Assembly (NCBI GenBank): GCA_026936335.1
Contig: JAPMXV010000004.1
Coordinates: 310,001 to 374,000, forward strand
Direction: 5' to 3'
Source: Mantamonas sphyraenae STR306
Lineage: Eukaryota > Protista > CRuMs
DNA length: 64,000 nt
Positions 61,994 through 64,000 of the stretch are shown piece after piece; position 1 is the stretch's first letter, and each line of letters opens with the position of its first letter. The notes under the pieces are model-generated. The model ran no database searches. It was not told the DNA's origin and saw nothing but the letters and a program-made list of their open reading frames with translations. The position numbers and the translations under genes are program-made.

Positions 61994-62835
61994 TTACAAG
62001 AGAATACATTTGCAGGATTGGTCAGGCGACGAGGACGGGAGGGTCTTGATGGGAGAATCGCTGCGGTGTGCGTCGCCGTCGCTGTCGGCCGGCGAATCTT
62101 TGTCGTCGATGGTGGTTGGGATCTTGCGGGTAGGGGAGGGGTCCTCGGACTTTGGTTGGAGTTGGTGGGTTGTGGTGGAGCCAACGAGGGTGGGGGGTTG
62201 GTCATCATCGTTCTGAAGAGCAGTCAGTGGGGAGGACTCGGAGGAGCTGGGTGCGTCTCGGAGCGGGCTAGGTTGGTCGACGTATTTTTGCTGGGTGGAG
62301 GGCAAGGTGGAGCTCTGCTGGGCAGGCTGGTTGAGGGGATGCGACGGGTCTTTGATCTGCAAGAGCGGCAGGGCAAGGTCTAGGTGTGAGGATGAGAGGC
62401 GCGGCGGAGGGAGGGATTGGGGGCAAAGGCCAGAAAACGGCTGGTGGAAAGGGAAATCCGCGAGGAGTCGGGCAGGGACGGGTACGGAAGAGGCTGGGGT
62501 GGACGAGACGCAGAGAGAGGGACACGTACGCGAACATGGATGTCTGCCGATCGGTCGGCGAGGATGGAAGGAAAGTCGTTGAAGGAGAGCGGGTCGATCA
62601 TGAGCTGGGTGTTGTTGAGAAATAAGGTAGAGTCTGAGTAGGGGATGTCATGGGCGTCGATGAGCATGCGCTTGGCCTGCATGACGGTGGCGCCGAGGAG
62701 GAGGGAGAGGGTGTCTGTGGTGCCGTTGGGAAAGTGCATATGGAGCTGAACAAACTCTGTGGCGTCCTCGTACTCGGCCATGACGTCGTTGAAGGAGGGC
62801 ACGCTGCCTGGCTCTGGCAGAGTGAGCGAGCTCAT
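61994..62835 (-). CDS. Ubiquitin-fold protein with a low-complexity tail and C-terminal CAAX (CKCILL), 222 aa
   Basis: complement(join(61994..62356,62530..62835)). Beta-grasp pattern 'VQLHMHFPNG...LGATVMQAKRML......LFLNNTQLMIDPLSFND'; the protein ends SCKCILL*. Confidence 0.7.
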
Positions 62836-62975
62836 GGTGTGTTGTGGTGGAGGAGGAGAGGAAATGCAGCCAATGTGCGTGTGGAGCGGATGGAGTGTGT
62901 GTGCGGTGGCTGTGGGTGCTGCAGGAAAAGGTTGGCTTTGCGAGAGCTGCGCCACACAACAGGGAAGCGAGAGCG

Positions 62976-64000
62976 ATGTTTGGCCTGAACCAGGACGAGG
63001 AGATCGGCATTGTGGCCGGAGTGGTTGTGGTTGTGCTGCTGGTGGTGTTTCTGTGCTTTCGGCAGCGGAGGAGGCGCCGGTTTGGGTACGGGGTGCTGGG
63101 CACGGAAGAAGGCATGAACACGCCGCTGACGTCGACGTACTACCAGTCGACAAACGAAAAGTGGAACGGTAGGTGTGGAAAGAGAGGGGAGGGAGAGCGG
63201 TGGGCAAGGAGGTGGGCGTGCGGACGCAAGGAAGGCGGTGGGAGGTTCGGGCGCGTGGATGAGTGGAAGAGGGTTTGACGTTTGCTGACACGAACGGGCG
63301 GTGTTGCACGTGGTGGCTTGGCACGGGACCGGGGCCGACGGGGCATCCTGGGAGCGCAGAGAAGGAAACACTGATGAATGCACGGTTCTATCTGCGAAGC
63401 GCGTTTTCGTATGCGTTTGAGCGGGAACTGCGGCGAATGGGCACGCGTGCAGAGAAGGAGTACTTCTTGGTGAAGCACAACAACGATGGGGTGCGTGTGA
63501 TGTCGATGGTGCTGAAGGGAGACGACTGTGTGGTGCCGCTGGACAGTGAGAACGGAAAGCAAACGGTGCGGAGCCTTCTGATGGCCATCAAACACCCGTA
63601 CGTGTATCCGACGAGCGATTTCGATTTCATGGGAGCCAAGGACCTGGCGTTTGTGTTTCGGGAGTTTAACGCAAAGGGATCGCTGCGAGACTACATCTAC
63701 AAGGCGAACCCGCGGGATCCTCAGGGGGTCAAGTACGGCCAGGGAGAGGCATTGGCAGAGCGCAAGGTGGCCAAGTTTGGACGGCAGATCCTGGAGGCGC
63801 TGCTGTTCCTGAACGCAAAGGGGGTGCCGTACAGCCACCTGAAGACGTGCAACGTGATGGTGGTGAAGGGGACGTGCCAGTTGACAGACTACGAAAATGA
63901 CATCCTGGGCCTGAGCGGACAACTGGAACCGTACGTGTCGCAGCTTGTGGGCGTTGACGCACAGGTTGGCGCGTTTGGGCATGTGCTGTACGAAATGGCG
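62976..64000 (+). CDS. Slob/PXK-family pseudokinase with an N-terminal TM anchor (3' end outside the window)
   Basis: join(62976..63168,63360..>64000). TM 'IGIVAGVVVVVLLVVFLCF-RQRRRRR', then 'ARFYLRS', 'HPYVYP', 'KGSLRDYIYKANP', 'FGRQILEALLFL', 'HLKTCNV', 'LTDYENDILGL' and 'FGHVLYEMA'. HRD and DFG are absent. Confidence 0.85.

Noticed and set aside
1-64000. tRNA or rRNA genes
   Set aside because: None recognised; nearly all sequence is accounted for by CDS and introns. tRNAscan-SE/Infernal would be needed to exclude them.

Overview
A very compact, GC-rich eukaryotic (protist-like) nuclear region with GT-AG spliceosomal introns carrying CTGAC/CTAAC branch points and intergenic gaps of mostly 2-250 bp. 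About 20 genes are recognisable: a partial PAP2/G6Pase-like gene, RPAP3-like, CINP-like, eIF3a, RPL14, a choline/ethanolamine phosphotransferase, SETD2/Set2, bacterial-type (mitochondrial) ProRS, ALYREF-like, a full-length huntingtin, a PH-like+TM orphan, a bacterial-type GNAT-like protein, a Na+:solute symporter, a MINDY-PB1-HEI10 locus, a FabH-like enzyme with a PTS2-like N-terminus, a ~26.4-kb apparently intronless gene for a ~8,800-aa adhesion receptor/channel-like protein, UBA1, a CAAX-tailed ubiquitin-fold protein and a TM-anchored Slob/PXK pseudokinase. About a dozen small indels, mostly in homopolymer runs and including one in essential UBA1, split genes in the ORF track and are most likely assembly errors. 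The main leads are: (1) the giant beta-propeller/cadherin-like/FReD-LamG/REJ-GPS/FLC-TRP-like protein with recent internal duplications; (2) 10-20-kb G/C-skew domains that ignore transcription direction and may map replication origins; (3) a possible deubiquitinase-PB1-meiotic E3 fusion; (4) two genes resembling members of one bacterial lipid operon, one of which may have been retargeted to the peroxisome. All family calls come from motif recognition by eye; no database search was run.
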